A DNA stretch of 64,000 nt from Bacteroidota bacterium (GTDB lineage Bacteria > Bacteroidota > Bacteroidia > AKYH767-A > OLB10), in NCBI GenBank assembly GCA_016714535.1, contig JADKDR010000005.1:358966-422965 (forward strand), written 5' to 3'. The notes below the pieces were generated by a model. It searched no databases and was not told where the DNA came from. It saw nothing but the letters and a program-made list of their open reading frames with translations. A program made the position numbers and the translations under genes. This document shows, in pieces, positions 37,757 through 48,488 of the stretch; within the stretch, counting starts at the first letter, position 1; every line of letters starts with the position of its first letter.

Positions 37757-38689
37757 ATGAATAAATTAAAAATCAGCATGCTTGCTTTGTGCTTTGCAGC
37801 AACATTTACAGCATGCAAGAAAGAAAAAGATGATGAACTGCAACTTGATGCACAAACCGAACAGCACAATAAAGATGCGAATTATTACCGTGGCGAAGCC
37901 GATCAGGCAGATAATGATATTAATAACACGCTGCGCGATATCCCAGCATTTGGAAAGACTGCCGGCTTACAATCCGATCCATTATGTGGATGTACGGTAG
38001 ACTCAAGTCAATTAAGCCAAAAAACCTTGTTTTTTAATTTTGATGGAGTTACCCCATGCTTTAGCCCTTCGCGCACACGTAGCGGGCAAATAAAGGTACA
38101 ATTGATTAGCGGGAATTTTTGGAGTGATGTAAATGCAGTAATTTCTATTCAGTTTATTAATTACAAAGTTACAAGGCTAAGTGATAATAAGTCGGTAAAG
38201 TTTAATGCATTTAAGACATTGCAAAATGTAAATGGTAATGATTGGTTAGGTTTTTTATTAGGAAGCAAAGCCCTTAAATATCGTGAGCGTGCATTTAATA
38301 TAAACGTTGATTTTGATAACGGCCAAACAGCCATATGGAACAGTGCTCGCACTACCGAGTGGACTTATTCTGCTGCTACACAACGAATTTCTTTTAAAGC
38401 AAATGGCGATACAATTGTTAATGGACACTCCAATACAGATAGCTGGGGTAGCAATAGATTTGGAACCGGTTTTGTGATAAACTATAATTCGCCATGGAGC
38501 AGTAATACATATTGCGGACTATGGAGGCCGGTAAGCGGTGAAGCCGTTAATCATATTAATAATAATCAGTATAAGCTTACCTTAGGTGTTGACCAACAGG
38601 GTAACCCAAGTACTCTTAACTGTGCGTATGGATACAAGATATCCTGGGTGGTGGATGGCAAAACAGGTAGCAAGGTGATTAGTTACTAA
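37757..38689 (+). CDS. Hypothetical lipoprotein
   Basis: 310 aa. Lipobox FTACKKEKDD. Confidence 0.5.
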   Translation: MNKLKISMLALCFAATFTACKKEKDDELQLDAQTEQHNKDANYYRGEADQADNDINNTLRDIPAFGKTAGLQSDPLCGCTVDSSQLSQKTLFFNFDGVTPCFSPSRTRSGQIKVQLISGNFWSDVNAVISIQFINYKVTRLSDNKSVKFNAFKTLQNVNGNDWLGFLLGSKALKYRERAFNINVDFDNGQTAIWNSARTTEWTYSAATQRISFKANGDTIVNGHSNTDSWGSNRFGTGFVINYNSPWSSNTYCGLWRPVSGEAVNHINNNQYKLTLGVDQQGNPSTLNCAYGYKISWVVDGKTGSKVISY

Positions 38690-38829
38690 AAATAAAAGTA
38701 TAACATAGCGTGTGCCACCTAATTAGGTGGCATTTTGCTTTAAAAGAAATTAATAATTGCTTATTCATAACATTTTGTATTGTTGCATTATTAAGAGCGG
38801 CACATCTATATATTTACAACATTATTTAA

Positions 38830-39552
38830 ATGAAGATTATCAAGATGAGAAAAATAATATTTTGGATATGCATTCCACTTATAGGAATAATGCAGAGTTG
38901 TTCGGATACGGTTGTAGGCGAAGGCGATGTAATTACGAACAAACGTAAAGTGAGTACCTTTAAGCGCATTAAAGTTGAGGCTACAGCTGATATTTACGTT
39001 AATATAAGTACAATAAATGAGCTGACGGTAACAGCGCAAAAAAATATTGAAGAACTAATTCACACTAAAGTGATTGATGAAACACTTATAATATACAGCG
39101 ACAAAGTATACAGTACTGATGAAGGAGTAGTTATTCAATTAAATTCTAATGACCTATCCTATATAAAGGCAAGTGGCGCAGGCAATGTATTTTGCAAAGC
39201 ACCTTTAACAACACAAGACCTTGATCTAGAGCTGTCGGGTGCTGGCACTATGGAACTTAATGTAGCAGCAATAACAGTGAGCGCTGACTTGTCGGGAGCA
39301 GGACTAATAAAATTAAAAGGTAATTGCAACGAAGCAAAATATAAGGTGTCGGGTGCCGGTAAACTTGACGCGTTTGAATTGGTAGCAGATGAATGTAAGG
39401 TAGACTTAAGTGGAATAGGGGTAGCAGAAGTAAATGCTAGTGAAGAACTAAATGCATCGGTAAGTGGTGCTGGCAATGTATATTATACCGGAGCAGCTAC
39501 TAACTTAAAAACTAATATTTCGGGTTTAGGAAAAGTTGAACGTAAAAATTAA
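38830..39552 (+). CDS. DUF2807 ('head GIN' / putative auto-transporter adhesin head) domain lipoprotein
   Basis: 240 aa. Lipobox MQSC. Repeated S(G)AG…(Y/L) beta-helix-like units (SGAGTMELN, SGAGLIKLKG, SGAGKLDAF, SGAGNVYY). Confidence 0.6.
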   Translation: MKIIKMRKIIFWICIPLIGIMQSCSDTVVGEGDVITNKRKVSTFKRIKVEATADIYVNISTINELTVTAQKNIEELIHTKVIDETLIIYSDKVYSTDEGVVIQLNSNDLSYIKASGAGNVFCKAPLTTQDLDLELSGAGTMELNVAAITVSADLSGAGLIKLKGNCNEAKYKVSGAGKLDAFELVADECKVDLSGIGVAEVNASEELNASVSGAGNVYYTGAATNLKTNISGLGKVERKN

Positions 39553-39557
39553 ATTAA

Positions 39558-40385
39558 GTGCGCATAAACTATCCCGAAAAGTTTTACGACAATCGTCCAT
39601 CCATGATTTTTATTCATGGACTGTGTTGTAATCAAACAGCTTGGCAATACTCCATAGCATACTTAAAAGATTGGTTTAATTGCATCACCATCGATTTGTA
39701 TGAAAGTATAGGTGAGCCAAATCATTCAAATTTTGAAGTTGCCAATCTTACCACACTAATTTGCGAGGCAATTAAATCGCATCAACTTTCTAACCTGACT
39801 ATTTGCGGCCATTCATTTGGTGGGCAATTGGCTATCAATATCTGTAACGAAGCTCCTGAATTATTTGAGCAAGCTGTACTTATTGCACCTGCAGGGATTG
39901 AAAATTACTCCCATTTTGAGCAGCTGATGATTAATCAGGGAGCGCGTAATTTACCAACCAAGCTGTTTACAAAAATCGAAGAGTATCTGCATTTATCCTT
40001 TTATCATTATGATAAACATTATCGCGATTTAGCCATTAGCTTATTTTCAAGTTTTAACAAACTTGATAGCGAGAGCCAGAAAAAATTCTTTTCGACACAG
40101 TTAAGCGAAGTTTTGGCCGCTAATGTAAATTTCAAGAATAAATTTAATAAACCCGTGTTGGTAATTTTTGGTAATATGGACAGTCTTGTTCCTAACATCG
40201 TATTGCATCCATACCTTACCAGCAGGATGATGGCCGCACACACTGCTCGCTTATTCACTCATGCTTCCTACAGGTTAATAAATGATGCCGGTCATTTTCC
40301 GATGCTCGAACAACCCGAAGATGTAAATCAACTAATAAAAAAGTTTGCGTATACAGGCACCGTTACTCAACCCAGTCAGCTATAA
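39558..40385 (+). CDS. Alpha/beta-fold hydrolase
   Basis: 275 aa. Nucleophile elbow GHSFGG. HG motif near the N-terminus. Confidence 0.7.
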   Translation: MRINYPEKFYDNRPSMIFIHGLCCNQTAWQYSIAYLKDWFNCITIDLYESIGEPNHSNFEVANLTTLICEAIKSHQLSNLTICGHSFGGQLAINICNEAPELFEQAVLIAPAGIENYSHFEQLMINQGARNLPTKLFTKIEEYLHLSFYHYDKHYRDLAISLFSSFNKLDSESQKKFFSTQLSEVLAANVNFKNKFNKPVLVIFGNMDSLVPNIVLHPYLTSRMMAAHTARLFTHASYRLINDAGHFPMLEQPEDVNQLIKKFAYTGTVTQPSQL

Positions 40386-41445
40386 ACAGGTTGGTTTCGG
40401 TGGTGCCATTGTTGTTTCGGTTACTGCTGAAAATTAGTTTTCTTCCATCATTCGAAAACATGGGGAAGGAGTCAAACATGGTGTCATATGTTATTTGCTC
40501 AAGGCCTGTGCCATCCAACTTTATCATGTATAAATTGAAAGGCAAGCCACGCTTGGATTTATAATTGCTTGCAAAAATTACTTTTTCGCCCGAAGGATGA
40601 AAAAAGGGAGCCCAACTGGCATTGGCTAAATCTGTTATTTTGCGCAAACCACTTCCATCGGCATTACACATATACAAGCTCATTTGCGTAGGCATAACCA
40701 GGTTTTCTTTAGCAAGCGAGTTATAAATTTCTTTCTCTTCGTCAGTTGATGGGCGCGAAGCTCTAAATATTAATTTACTCCCATCAGGGCTAAAGAAGGC
40801 ACCGCCATCATAACCTAACTGATCGGTTATTTGCTTGGCATTATTGCCATCAATGTCCATTGCCCACAATTCCAAATCGCCCGAACGAGTGCTTGTAAAT
40901 ACAATCTTATCGCCTTTGGGCGATACGGTTGCTTCGGCATCATAGCCTGGTGTATCGGTCATACGTTTAATAAGATTCCCTTTTAAGTCGCTTACATAAA
41001 TATCATAATCCGCATAAATTGGCCACACATACTTATGGTCGCTGCGCTTGGCTGGTACCGCTGGACATCCATGCTGTCCGCTATGCGTACTTGCAAATAT
41101 AATACTTGTATCGCCAGGCATAAAATAGGAGCAAGTAGTTCGGCCGGTATTATTGCTTATCATTTGAGGCAGGTTTTCTTTAAGATTTGCTGTTCGCCAA
41201 TTGAAGTAAAAAATTTGGTCGCAATCCAATTTCCAGTTTTTGTTGGTTACCTGAAAGGTGAGCAAGCTATCGTTAAAACTAAAATATGCCTCTGCATTGT
41301 CACCACCAAAGGTTAATTGCTTTATGTTGGTCAGATGCTTTTCTTCTTTAAATCGCAATTCTGAAGCAATCCAGTTGGTATCATTTTGTGCTATGCAACT
41401 TGCACTTATGGAAAAAAGACCAATACTTAAAAATATGTTTTTCAT
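40363..41445 (-). CDS. TolB-like / PD40 WD40-like beta-propeller repeat protein
   Basis: 360 aa. Signal peptide. Repeated …SP(D/K)G.K(I/L)(I/V)F.S.R… PD40 units. Confidence 0.65.
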   Translation of the reverse strand: MKNIFLSIGLFSISASCIAQNDTNWIASELRFKEEKHLTNIKQLTFGGDNAEAYFSFNDSLLTFQVTNKNWKLDCDQIFYFNWRTANLKENLPQMISNNTGRTTCSYFMPGDTSIIFASTHSGQHGCPAVPAKRSDHKYVWPIYADYDIYVSDLKGNLIKRMTDTPGYDAEATVSPKGDKIVFTSTRSGDLELWAMDIDGNNAKQITDQLGYDGGAFFSPDGSKLIFRASRPSTDEEKEIYNSLAKENLVMPTQMSLYMCNADGSGLRKITDLANASWAPFFHPSGEKVIFASNYKSKRGLPFNLYMIKLDGTGLEQITYDTMFDSFPMFSNDGRKLIFSSNRNNNGTTETNLFIADWVE

Positions 41446-41600
41446 TTCAACCTAAAAATTTTTTACAAAAGTAGTTTTCAAAATACCTTGCGCAAACATG
41501 CCGTACAATATTTATCATTACATCATTAATATTAATACAAAAAAAACAGCAACCATTTTAAATGATTGCTGCTTAATTATCAAATCAAGAAATAAAAATA

Positions 41601-42305
41601 TTAATGCTTGTGATCGCCTCCACGCTCATGCTCTTCAGGATCAGGCAAGTCGCGCGTCTTCTTTCCTTTCGTATTAATAAAAAAGAATTCTTTGTCTATA
41701 CGCACTAGGGCTTCGCCATTATTAAATGGTTGAGCGTCTTTAAATTTAGCATCAATCATCATTTTGCCTTCTTTGTTGATAAAGCCCCATTTATCATTAT
41801 CAAGCAAAACAGGAGCAAGGTCATTGCCAAAATTAAATGCATTTTTATAAACTAGAGCAATAACAGGTTTGCCGGTAATGTCAATAAATCCCCATTTTCC
41901 ATCTTTACTCACACGTGCAATGCCATTTTTAAAATCATCAGCAAAATCATAAACAAAGTCAATGACAACTTCATTCTTAAGATTGATGTATCCGTTCTTA
42001 TTTCCTTTCATAACACGGGCAACACCCTCAAAGAAAATACTTGCATCATCATACATAAAAGGAATAATCACATCTCCTTTATCATTTATAAAGCCACGCT
42101 TGCGGCCTTCGAGCACCAATGCATAGCCATCCATAAATTCGCTGCCGGCAATATATTTTGCTGGCACCACAATTTCGTTTGTGGCCTTACTTCTATATCC
42201 AACTTTCGAATTTTCATAAAAACGTAATAGTTGGGCCGATGCTGTTTGCATAGCAGCTATTCCAATAAAAGATAATATAGTAAAGATTTTTAATTTCGTA
42301 TTCAT
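41601..42305 (-). CDS. WG-repeat (KWG) containing secreted protein
   Basis: 234 aa. Signal peptide. Repeated (K)WGFI(D/N)..G units. Confidence 0.6.
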   Translation of the reverse strand: MNTKLKIFTILSFIGIAAMQTASAQLLRFYENSKVGYRSKATNEIVVPAKYIAGSEFMDGYALVLEGRKRGFINDKGDVIIPFMYDDASIFFEGVARVMKGNKNGYINLKNEVVIDFVYDFADDFKNGIARVSKDGKWGFIDITGKPVIALVYKNAFNFGNDLAPVLLDNDKWGFINKEGKMMIDAKFKDAQPFNNGEALVRIDKEFFFINTKGKKTRDLPDPEEHERGGDHKH

Positions 42306-42403
42306 TGCTATTTAGGTTTTTTATAATCGTGTCAAATATAATAATCATTTAATTAAAGGAGAAAATATTTTCTTCAAAGTGGTAGAGGAGTAATCTGTTC
42401 GCT

Positions 42404-42411
42404 TATATTTG
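42404..42411 (+). promoter_or_regulatory. -7 box TAnnTTTG
   Basis: Sequence tatatttg lies 25 nt upstream of the ATG at 42436. Confidence 0.4.
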
Positions 42412-42435
42412 CTTAACTAACCAAAAAATGTTTTT

Positions 42436-43170
42436 GTGCCTGAATCAACTTTTAATTTTAAGCAATTTATCATCAATCAAGATAAAAGCGCTATGAAGGT
42501 AAGTACCGATAGTGTTCTACTAGGAGCATGGGCAAAAGCAGATAATACGGTGCAACGAGTACTAGATATTGGCAGCGGTACAGGTATACTTAGCCTGATG
42601 CTTGCACAGAAGACAGATGCAGAAATTACTGCGCTCGAGATTGATATACCATCGTACTTACAGTCGCTTGAAAATTTTGCCATTAGTAAATGGAAAGACC
42701 GACTGCATGCCATAAATAAGTCATTGCAAGAGTTTGCACTTAGCACTTCACAAACTTTTGATATAATAATTAGCAACCCACCTTTTTTTGCCGATGCATC
42801 GCCAGCGCCTGATGAGGCACGCAATATTGCCCGACACCTTGACGAGACATTATCACTTGCCGACCTTGCCAATGGCGTAAAAAAACTACTCGCACCCAAT
42901 GGGAAGTTTTATGTAATTTTTCCATATCGTGAGGCGATTAAGTTTTATGAAACTGCTTTACGAAAAGATCTATTTTGCAATTGCGTAACTCGTATAAAAA
43001 CAAGACCTCAAAAGTTAGAAAAAAGGATATTAATGCAGTTTAGCCATATTCTAACTCCTATTAACGAAAGTCAGCTTACCCTGGCAAGTGCAGATAATGT
43101 TATGACTGAAGATTACAAGCAGCTAACCATAGATTACTATCTTGACAGTCCGGATAGCGCCAATGTATAG
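42436..43170 (+). CDS. tRNA (adenine37-N6)-methyltransferase-like small-domain methyltransferase (YfiC/TrmN6 family)
   Basis: 244 aa. SAM motif VLDIGSGTG. Catalytic IISNPPFF motif. Confidence 0.65.
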   Translation: MPESTFNFKQFIINQDKSAMKVSTDSVLLGAWAKADNTVQRVLDIGSGTGILSLMLAQKTDAEITALEIDIPSYLQSLENFAISKWKDRLHAINKSLQEFALSTSQTFDIIISNPPFFADASPAPDEARNIARHLDETLSLADLANGVKKLLAPNGKFYVIFPYREAIKFYETALRKDLFCNCVTRIKTRPQKLEKRILMQFSHILTPINESQLTLASADNVMTEDYKQLTIDYYLDSPDSANV

Positions 43171-43252
43171 TTTTAAGATCTTAAATTTACATTGGTGTGA
43201 CTGAGTTTACCTATATTTTTACTTTATTTGTAAAGAATTAATTATATCCACC

Positions 43253-44722
43253 ATGTACAAAAAAATTATTTCCATGTTAATGTTAGCCGGGATGCTAACG
43301 TTTGCAAATGCTAAGCAAATAGCTGCAAGTTTAAATTTTGCCAAGTTTTATTCACCAACCGATGGACCATATTTGGAAGCATATCTTGCCGTTGATGGCA
43401 ACAGTGTCTATTTTGTAAAAAATGAAAATGGAAAATTTCAAGCGACCATTACGGTAGGTGTTGTAATTAGCGATGAAGCAGGAGTAATTAAACATATAGA
43501 TAAATATAACCTGCTAAGCCCCGAAATAGATGATACGACAAAACTTGCATTTAATTTTTTGGACAGGCAACGTATAGCACTCGACCGCGGAACGTATACC
43601 TATAAGCTTACAATTAAGGATAAAAATTCGCCTGATGCTGAATTAGAATCAAGTTCAAAGGTTAATGTAGATTATGATAAAAACATCATGAGTTTTTCTG
43701 ATGTGCTGTTACTTGAAAACTTTGAACCTACAACAGAGACTACAGGTCTTTCCAAAAATGGGTACAACATGACTCCACTTATGGACAATTACTATCCCAA
43801 AACGATGGAGAAGCTAAGCTTTTATGCAGAGTTATATAACACTGCCACTTTGCTTCAGAGCGAATCATTTTTGCTTTCTTATTTTATTGAAGATGTTGAA
43901 TTAAAGACGGTAGTAGAAGGTATGAGTAGCTTCAGAAAGGAAACCCCTTCCGAAATAAAAGTGGTTTTGGCAACCTTTGATATTAGCAAATTACAATCGG
44001 GCAATTACAAAGTTGTATTAGAAGCCCGCAGTAAGAAAAATGATTTGCTTGCATTTAAAGAGATGTTCTTTCAACGAAATAATGGAAAGCGCGAAGTAGC
44101 CGAAGCCAATTATAGCGATGCACAAGTAAGCAATACATTTGTTGATGGATTTAATAATAAAGATTCACTAGTCGAAAAAATTGCCTGTCTGCGAGCTATA
44201 AGCAATGCCAGTGAAATCATATGGCAGGACAATCAATTAAAAGCTGCTGATACCGACATGATGAAGCGATTTTTGTTAGGTTTCTGGATGCGCAGAAATG
44301 CGCAAAATCCTGAGGTTGCCTATGCTGCTTATATGGAGCAGGTGGCCATCGTTAATAAGCGATACAAGAATCCTCCAATAAAGGGATATGCTACTGACCG
44401 TGGCCGTGTGTATTTGCAATATGGAGCTCCTGATAATTTTAATTTTGCAGAGCACGAAAACGAATCGTATCCTTATGAAATATGGCATTATTATAAAATT
44501 GGTAACCTCACTAACCGTAAATTTATATTTTATAACCCAACCTTGGTTGGCAACGATTATGTTTTATTGCATAGCGACATGCGTGGCGAACCCAACAATC
44601 CACGTTGGCAAATGATGCTGTATCGTAGAAATTCGCAATCGCTAAACCTTGATAATCAGGATCCCGGCAAGGGAAGTAATTTTGGAAATAACGCTAGCGA
44701 GTTTTTTAATCGACCTAAATAA
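43253..44722 (+). CDS. Hypothetical secreted protein (possibly GWxTD-domain family)
   Basis: 489 aa with a signal peptide. Family assignment is from recall only, so confidence is low. Confidence 0.35.
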   Translation: MYKKIISMLMLAGMLTFANAKQIAASLNFAKFYSPTDGPYLEAYLAVDGNSVYFVKNENGKFQATITVGVVISDEAGVIKHIDKYNLLSPEIDDTTKLAFNFLDRQRIALDRGTYTYKLTIKDKNSPDAELESSSKVNVDYDKNIMSFSDVLLLENFEPTTETTGLSKNGYNMTPLMDNYYPKTMEKLSFYAELYNTATLLQSESFLLSYFIEDVELKTVVEGMSSFRKETPSEIKVVLATFDISKLQSGNYKVVLEARSKKNDLLAFKEMFFQRNNGKREVAEANYSDAQVSNTFVDGFNNKDSLVEKIACLRAISNASEIIWQDNQLKAADTDMMKRFLLGFWMRRNAQNPEVAYAAYMEQVAIVNKRYKNPPIKGYATDRGRVYLQYGAPDNFNFAEHENESYPYEIWHYYKIGNLTNRKFIFYNPTLVGNDYVLLHSDMRGEPNNPRWQMMLYRRNSQSLNLDNQDPGKGSNFGNNASEFFNRPK

Positions 44723-44752
44723 TACTTTTGATGCCTTAATTATTTTGAGTTT

Positions 44753-45769
44753 TTGAAGACTGCAATTGTTATTCTTAATTATAATACCGTTGATTATTTT
44801 GATAAATTCTTACCTCGGGTTATACAAACTTGTGAGGGCATAGCCGATGTTATTGTTGCTGACAATGCTAGTAGCGACAACAGTGTTTCTCATGTGAAAT
44901 CGCATTATCCGCAAGTAAAAGTTCTGTGCAGCAATCAGAATTATGGATTTGCAGGAGGGTATAATTTCTTTCTCAAGGGATTAGAATATGAATACATTGT
45001 TTTGCTGAACACCGATGTAGAAGTCACCGACAACTGGTTGCAACCTATGCTTCAATTAATAGAACAAAATAAACAAGTTGCAGCAGTACAGCCTAAAATT
45101 CTTTCGCATAATAACAAGTCAGATTTTGAATTTGCAGGTGCTGCCGGAGGCTTTATTGATAAATATGGATTTCCATTTTGCTGTGGTCGCATATTTGAAA
45201 CCGTTGAAACCGACCATGGTCAGTATGATAAAAATCGGGAAATTTTTTGGGCTACAGGGGCATGTATGCTGATTCGCAAAAAATTGTTTGATCAACTGGG
45301 TGGGTTCGATCAAGATTTTTTTGCCCACATGGAAGAAATTGATTTGTGCTGGCGAATGCAAAATGCCGGATATCAAATTTATTATTGCAGTGCAAGCACC
45401 GTTTATCATGTTGGAGGTGGCACACTTGCGGTAGGTACTCCTCATAAAACGTATTTAAATTTTCGCAATAATTTGCTGATGTTGCATAAAAATTTACCTG
45501 CCAATAAGTTGGTGACAACACTGCTAATCAAAATGATTTTTGATGGGATAGCTGCAATCATGTTTTTAGTTAGAAACGGGCCCACACACTTTGCAGCAGT
45601 TTTTAATGCTCATATCTATTTTTACAAGCATTGCAATCGCAGAAAGGGTATAAGAGCAGAAGCCCAAAGGTTGATAAAAACCAATAATACAAAAAATATT
45701 TTTCCTGGTTCAGTTGTATTTCATTATTATTTAAAAAAGCAAAGAGTTTTTAATGCACTTAAATGGTAG
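44753..45769 (+). CDS. Family 2 glycosyltransferase
   Basis: 338 aa. IVILNYNTVDYF…VADNASSDNS (GT2 N-terminus). D.D-like NTDVEV. Apparent TTG start. Confidence 0.75.
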   Translation: MKTAIVILNYNTVDYFDKFLPRVIQTCEGIADVIVADNASSDNSVSHVKSHYPQVKVLCSNQNYGFAGGYNFFLKGLEYEYIVLLNTDVEVTDNWLQPMLQLIEQNKQVAAVQPKILSHNNKSDFEFAGAAGGFIDKYGFPFCCGRIFETVETDHGQYDKNREIFWATGACMLIRKKLFDQLGGFDQDFFAHMEEIDLCWRMQNAGYQIYYCSASTVYHVGGGTLAVGTPHKTYLNFRNNLLMLHKNLPANKLVTTLLIKMIFDGIAAIMFLVRNGPTHFAAVFNAHIYFYKHCNRRKGIRAEAQRLIKTNNTKNIFPGSVVFHYYLKKQRVFNALKW

Positions 45770-46499
45770 CTTGATTTTGAGTGCCTTTTTTAACCATCGA
45801 TTTAGTAATTCGGGTAATCGACATTATTAAGACCGCACCGCAAAAAGCCATAAACATATCTTTTTGTGCGTCCCAAATATCGCCTTGTGTGCCTAAGTAA
45901 GCATCGCCTTGTTCAGGAAAAAATACATCAGCCACGGCCCACTCAATCAATTCGTAAAGACAGCTAAATGAAAGCGTAATTTCTACAGGCAACACCCAGC
46001 CAACCCAATTTGGGAATTTCATTTTATTCAAAAAATAATCGCGCATAGGATAAGCAAGCATAAACCCAAAACAAAAATGTACTATCCGGTCATAGTGATT
46101 GCGTTCAAAATGAAAAGAGTCTTTTAGCCAATACCCAAATGGGTTTTCTGCATACGTATATTTAGCTCCATATACGTGTAAAGATAGATAAATAATGATG
46201 AACAAATAACTGGCATCGCTAAATTTGAATTGCTTATAAGTCAATATCAGAAACAATAAGAACAAAATCGTCAAGGTGTTTTCAAGCATCCAGTTATTCA
46301 GGTCGTTGGTGCCAATTAGTGTGCTTGCCCAAAATATTATAAATGCCAAACCACCAAATTTTATTAGATGGTTCTCTTTAAACGAAAGTCTGGTTAAATT
46401 GCGGGCAGTAGTATATTTCATAAAATTAAAATTTGTCGAATGTATTAAAACGCCTTTGTATTCGTCAACAATACGATACATTTTGAAAGCAGTGTCCAT
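45759..46499 (-). CDS. Hypothetical membrane protein (DUF2238/YjdF-like?)
   Basis: 246 aa with about 6 TM segments. Overlaps the GT2 gene 3' end by 11 nt, convergently. Confidence 0.4.
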   Translation of the reverse strand: MDTAFKMYRIVDEYKGVLIHSTNFNFMKYTTARNLTRLSFKENHLIKFGGLAFIIFWASTLIGTNDLNNWMLENTLTILFLLFLILTYKQFKFSDASYLFIIIYLSLHVYGAKYTYAENPFGYWLKDSFHFERNHYDRIVHFCFGFMLAYPMRDYFLNKMKFPNWVGWVLPVEITLSFSCLYELIEWAVADVFFPEQGDAYLGTQGDIWDAQKDMFMAFCGAVLIMSITRITKSMVKKGTQNQATI

Positions 46500-46619
46500 T
46501 CAAGTTTAATTTGATTTTATCTGTGGTTTTTCTAAATCGTTTTTTCTGCATATTTTTGCGCCCTGTCTTCCACATAAAAGTAATTTCGTTAATAAACTAA
46601 AAACTCTAAATTAATCAAG

Positions 46620-47650
46620 ATGAGAATTCTTAAGATAATTGGCTTCCTATTATTAGTAGTAGTTGCCATTGTTGCATTTTTAGGTTGGCGCGCTGCCGGC
46701 CCTTATTCAGTTACCGAATCTGCAAACATTAAAGGAAACACAGATGTGGTATGGAAGAATATCGCAGACCTTAAATCGTTTTCCGACTGGAATCCCTGGG
46801 CTAAAGAAGACCCCAATATTAAAGTCACCTTTAATGGTGATCCAATGGCAGTAGGTAGTTCCTATTCGTGGGGGGAAATAAAAATGTAGGTGTAGGTTCA
46901 ATGACAACCACCGAACTTGTTGTAAAAAGTAAAGCTGTAAGCAAACTCAACTTTAAAGAGCCAATGGAAGATGAAGCAACCACCGTTATGACCATGGAGC
47001 CAAATGCGGATGGTACCACCAAGGTATCATGGACCATGCAAGGTGAAAATAAATTTCCAGCCAGCATTTTTGCAGCTGTTTTCAATATGGATAAAATGTT
47101 GAGAACCTCATTCCAAAAGGGCTTTACGCTTTTGCAGGAGAAAGTTACTGTTGAATCAGCTTCAGCTCCTCAGGATGCGGGCGGCAATTTTAAAATTGAA
47201 GAAAAACAATTTGCCGGAGGTACATTTGTTACTGTACGCAAGGAAGTTGCATTTGCCGACATTCCTAAATTTTACCAAGAAAATTTTGGAAAAATGTTTG
47301 AATTGTGTGGCAAAACCAAGGTTAAAATGGCTGGACCACCCTGTGGCATTTATTATAAATATGATATGGAAAAACAGGTAGCTGACCTTGCCGCAGCTAT
47401 ACCGGTGGCAGCGGGTTCAAAGGTTGAAGGGTATTCAGTAATTGATGTAGCAGAAGCACCTTATTATCATTTGGATTATTACGGTGCTTACGAGAAAATG
47501 GAACCAGCTTACAATGCTTTGGATGCATTTGCAAAAGGTAAGGGAAAAGAACCTAATCCATATATGGTTATTGAGCAATATGTAAGCGACCCAATGACTG
47601 AGAAAGACACAACCAAATGGCTAACACAAATACACTATTTCCTGAAATAA
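46620..47650 (+). CDS. SRPBCC (START/Bet v1-like) domain fused to a GyrI-like small-molecule-binding domain; frameshifted in a G6 run (46870-46875), probably a sequencing artefact
   Basis: ORF 46620-46889 (…AVGSSYSWGEIKM*) and ORF 46868-47650 (GGNKNVGVGSM…) join as …SYSWGGNKNVGVG… if one G is added. The C-terminal half matches the GyrI-like effector-binding fold (…YYGAYEKM…). Confidence 0.55.
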
Positions 47651-47676
47651 CATTTGTTTAATTCAAATTAATAAAG

Positions 47677-47703
47677 AAGGCAGCAATATTTTGCTGCCTT
47701 TTT
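47677..47703 (+). terminator. Rho-independent terminator
   Basis: aaggcagcaa-tatt-ttgctgcctt stem followed by a T run. Confidence 0.6.
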
Positions 47704-47898
47704 AGTGCAATGGGTAGATGAAAACTTCAGGCATATTATGTAGAATGTGGCTATAACAAACATTTATGCCCAATGTTAGCAGCATTCTGTATCAGCCAAG
47801 ATTGGCATAAAATATAGGTAATGTCAACGTTCAACTTAAGTAGGAGGAAGTGTCTAAAAAAAAATTATACACACGCTTGTGCAAATCAAAAAAGACCT

Positions 47899-47906
47899 TA
47901 CCTTTG
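47899..47906 (+). promoter_or_regulatory. -7 box TAnnTTTG upstream of rpsL (str operon promoter)
   Basis: Sequence tacctttg lies 53 nt upstream of the rpsL ATG. Confidence 0.4.
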
Positions 47907-47958
47907 CACCTCCCAAAAAATGGGGTATTGTAAACATTAAAAATTGGAAAAATAAATA

Positions 47959-48366
47959 ATGCCAACTATTTCTCAATTAGTACGTAAAGGAAGAACTGCA
48001 CTGGTAGACAAATCTAAGTCTCCTGCGCTTGCCTCGTGTCCACAGCGCAGGGGTGTTTGTACCCGTGTATACACCACAACGCCAAAGAAACCAAATTCAG
48101 CCATGCGTAAGGTAGCTCGTGTGCGCCTGACCAACAAATTTGAAGTGACAGCTTATATTCCGGGCGAAGGTCACAATTTGCAAGAGCACTCTATTGTATT
48201 AATTCGTGGAGGCAGGGTGAAAGATCTTCCGGGTGTACGATATCACATTGTGCGTGGTACCTTGGATACAAGTGGCGTAGATGGCCGTAGACAAAGGCGT
48301 TCTAAATATGGAGCAAAGCGTCCTAAACCAGGAGCAGCACCTGCAGCCGCTGGAAAGAAAAAATAG
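47959..48366 (+). CDS. rpsL: 30S ribosomal protein S12
   Basis: [12 protein letters not shown]…PKKPNSA(M)RKV… S12 signature. Carries a short Ala/Lys-rich C-terminal extension. Confidence 0.95.
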   Translation: MPTISQLVRKGRTALVDKSKSPALASCPQRRGVCTRVYTTTPKKPNSAMRKVARVRLTNKFEVTAYIPGEGHNLQEHSIVLIRGGRVKDLPGVRYHIVRGTLDTSGVDGRRQRRSKYGAKRPKPGAAPAAAGKKK

Positions 48367-48488
48367 TCAGGTCTTTTAATTAGTTAACAATCAATAAATA
48401 AGTTTAACATTCAAATTTTAACCTTAGGCCTTCTCAAGAATAAGTTGATACAAGGCAAAATGGTAGAAAAATTCAATAATTTCATAAA

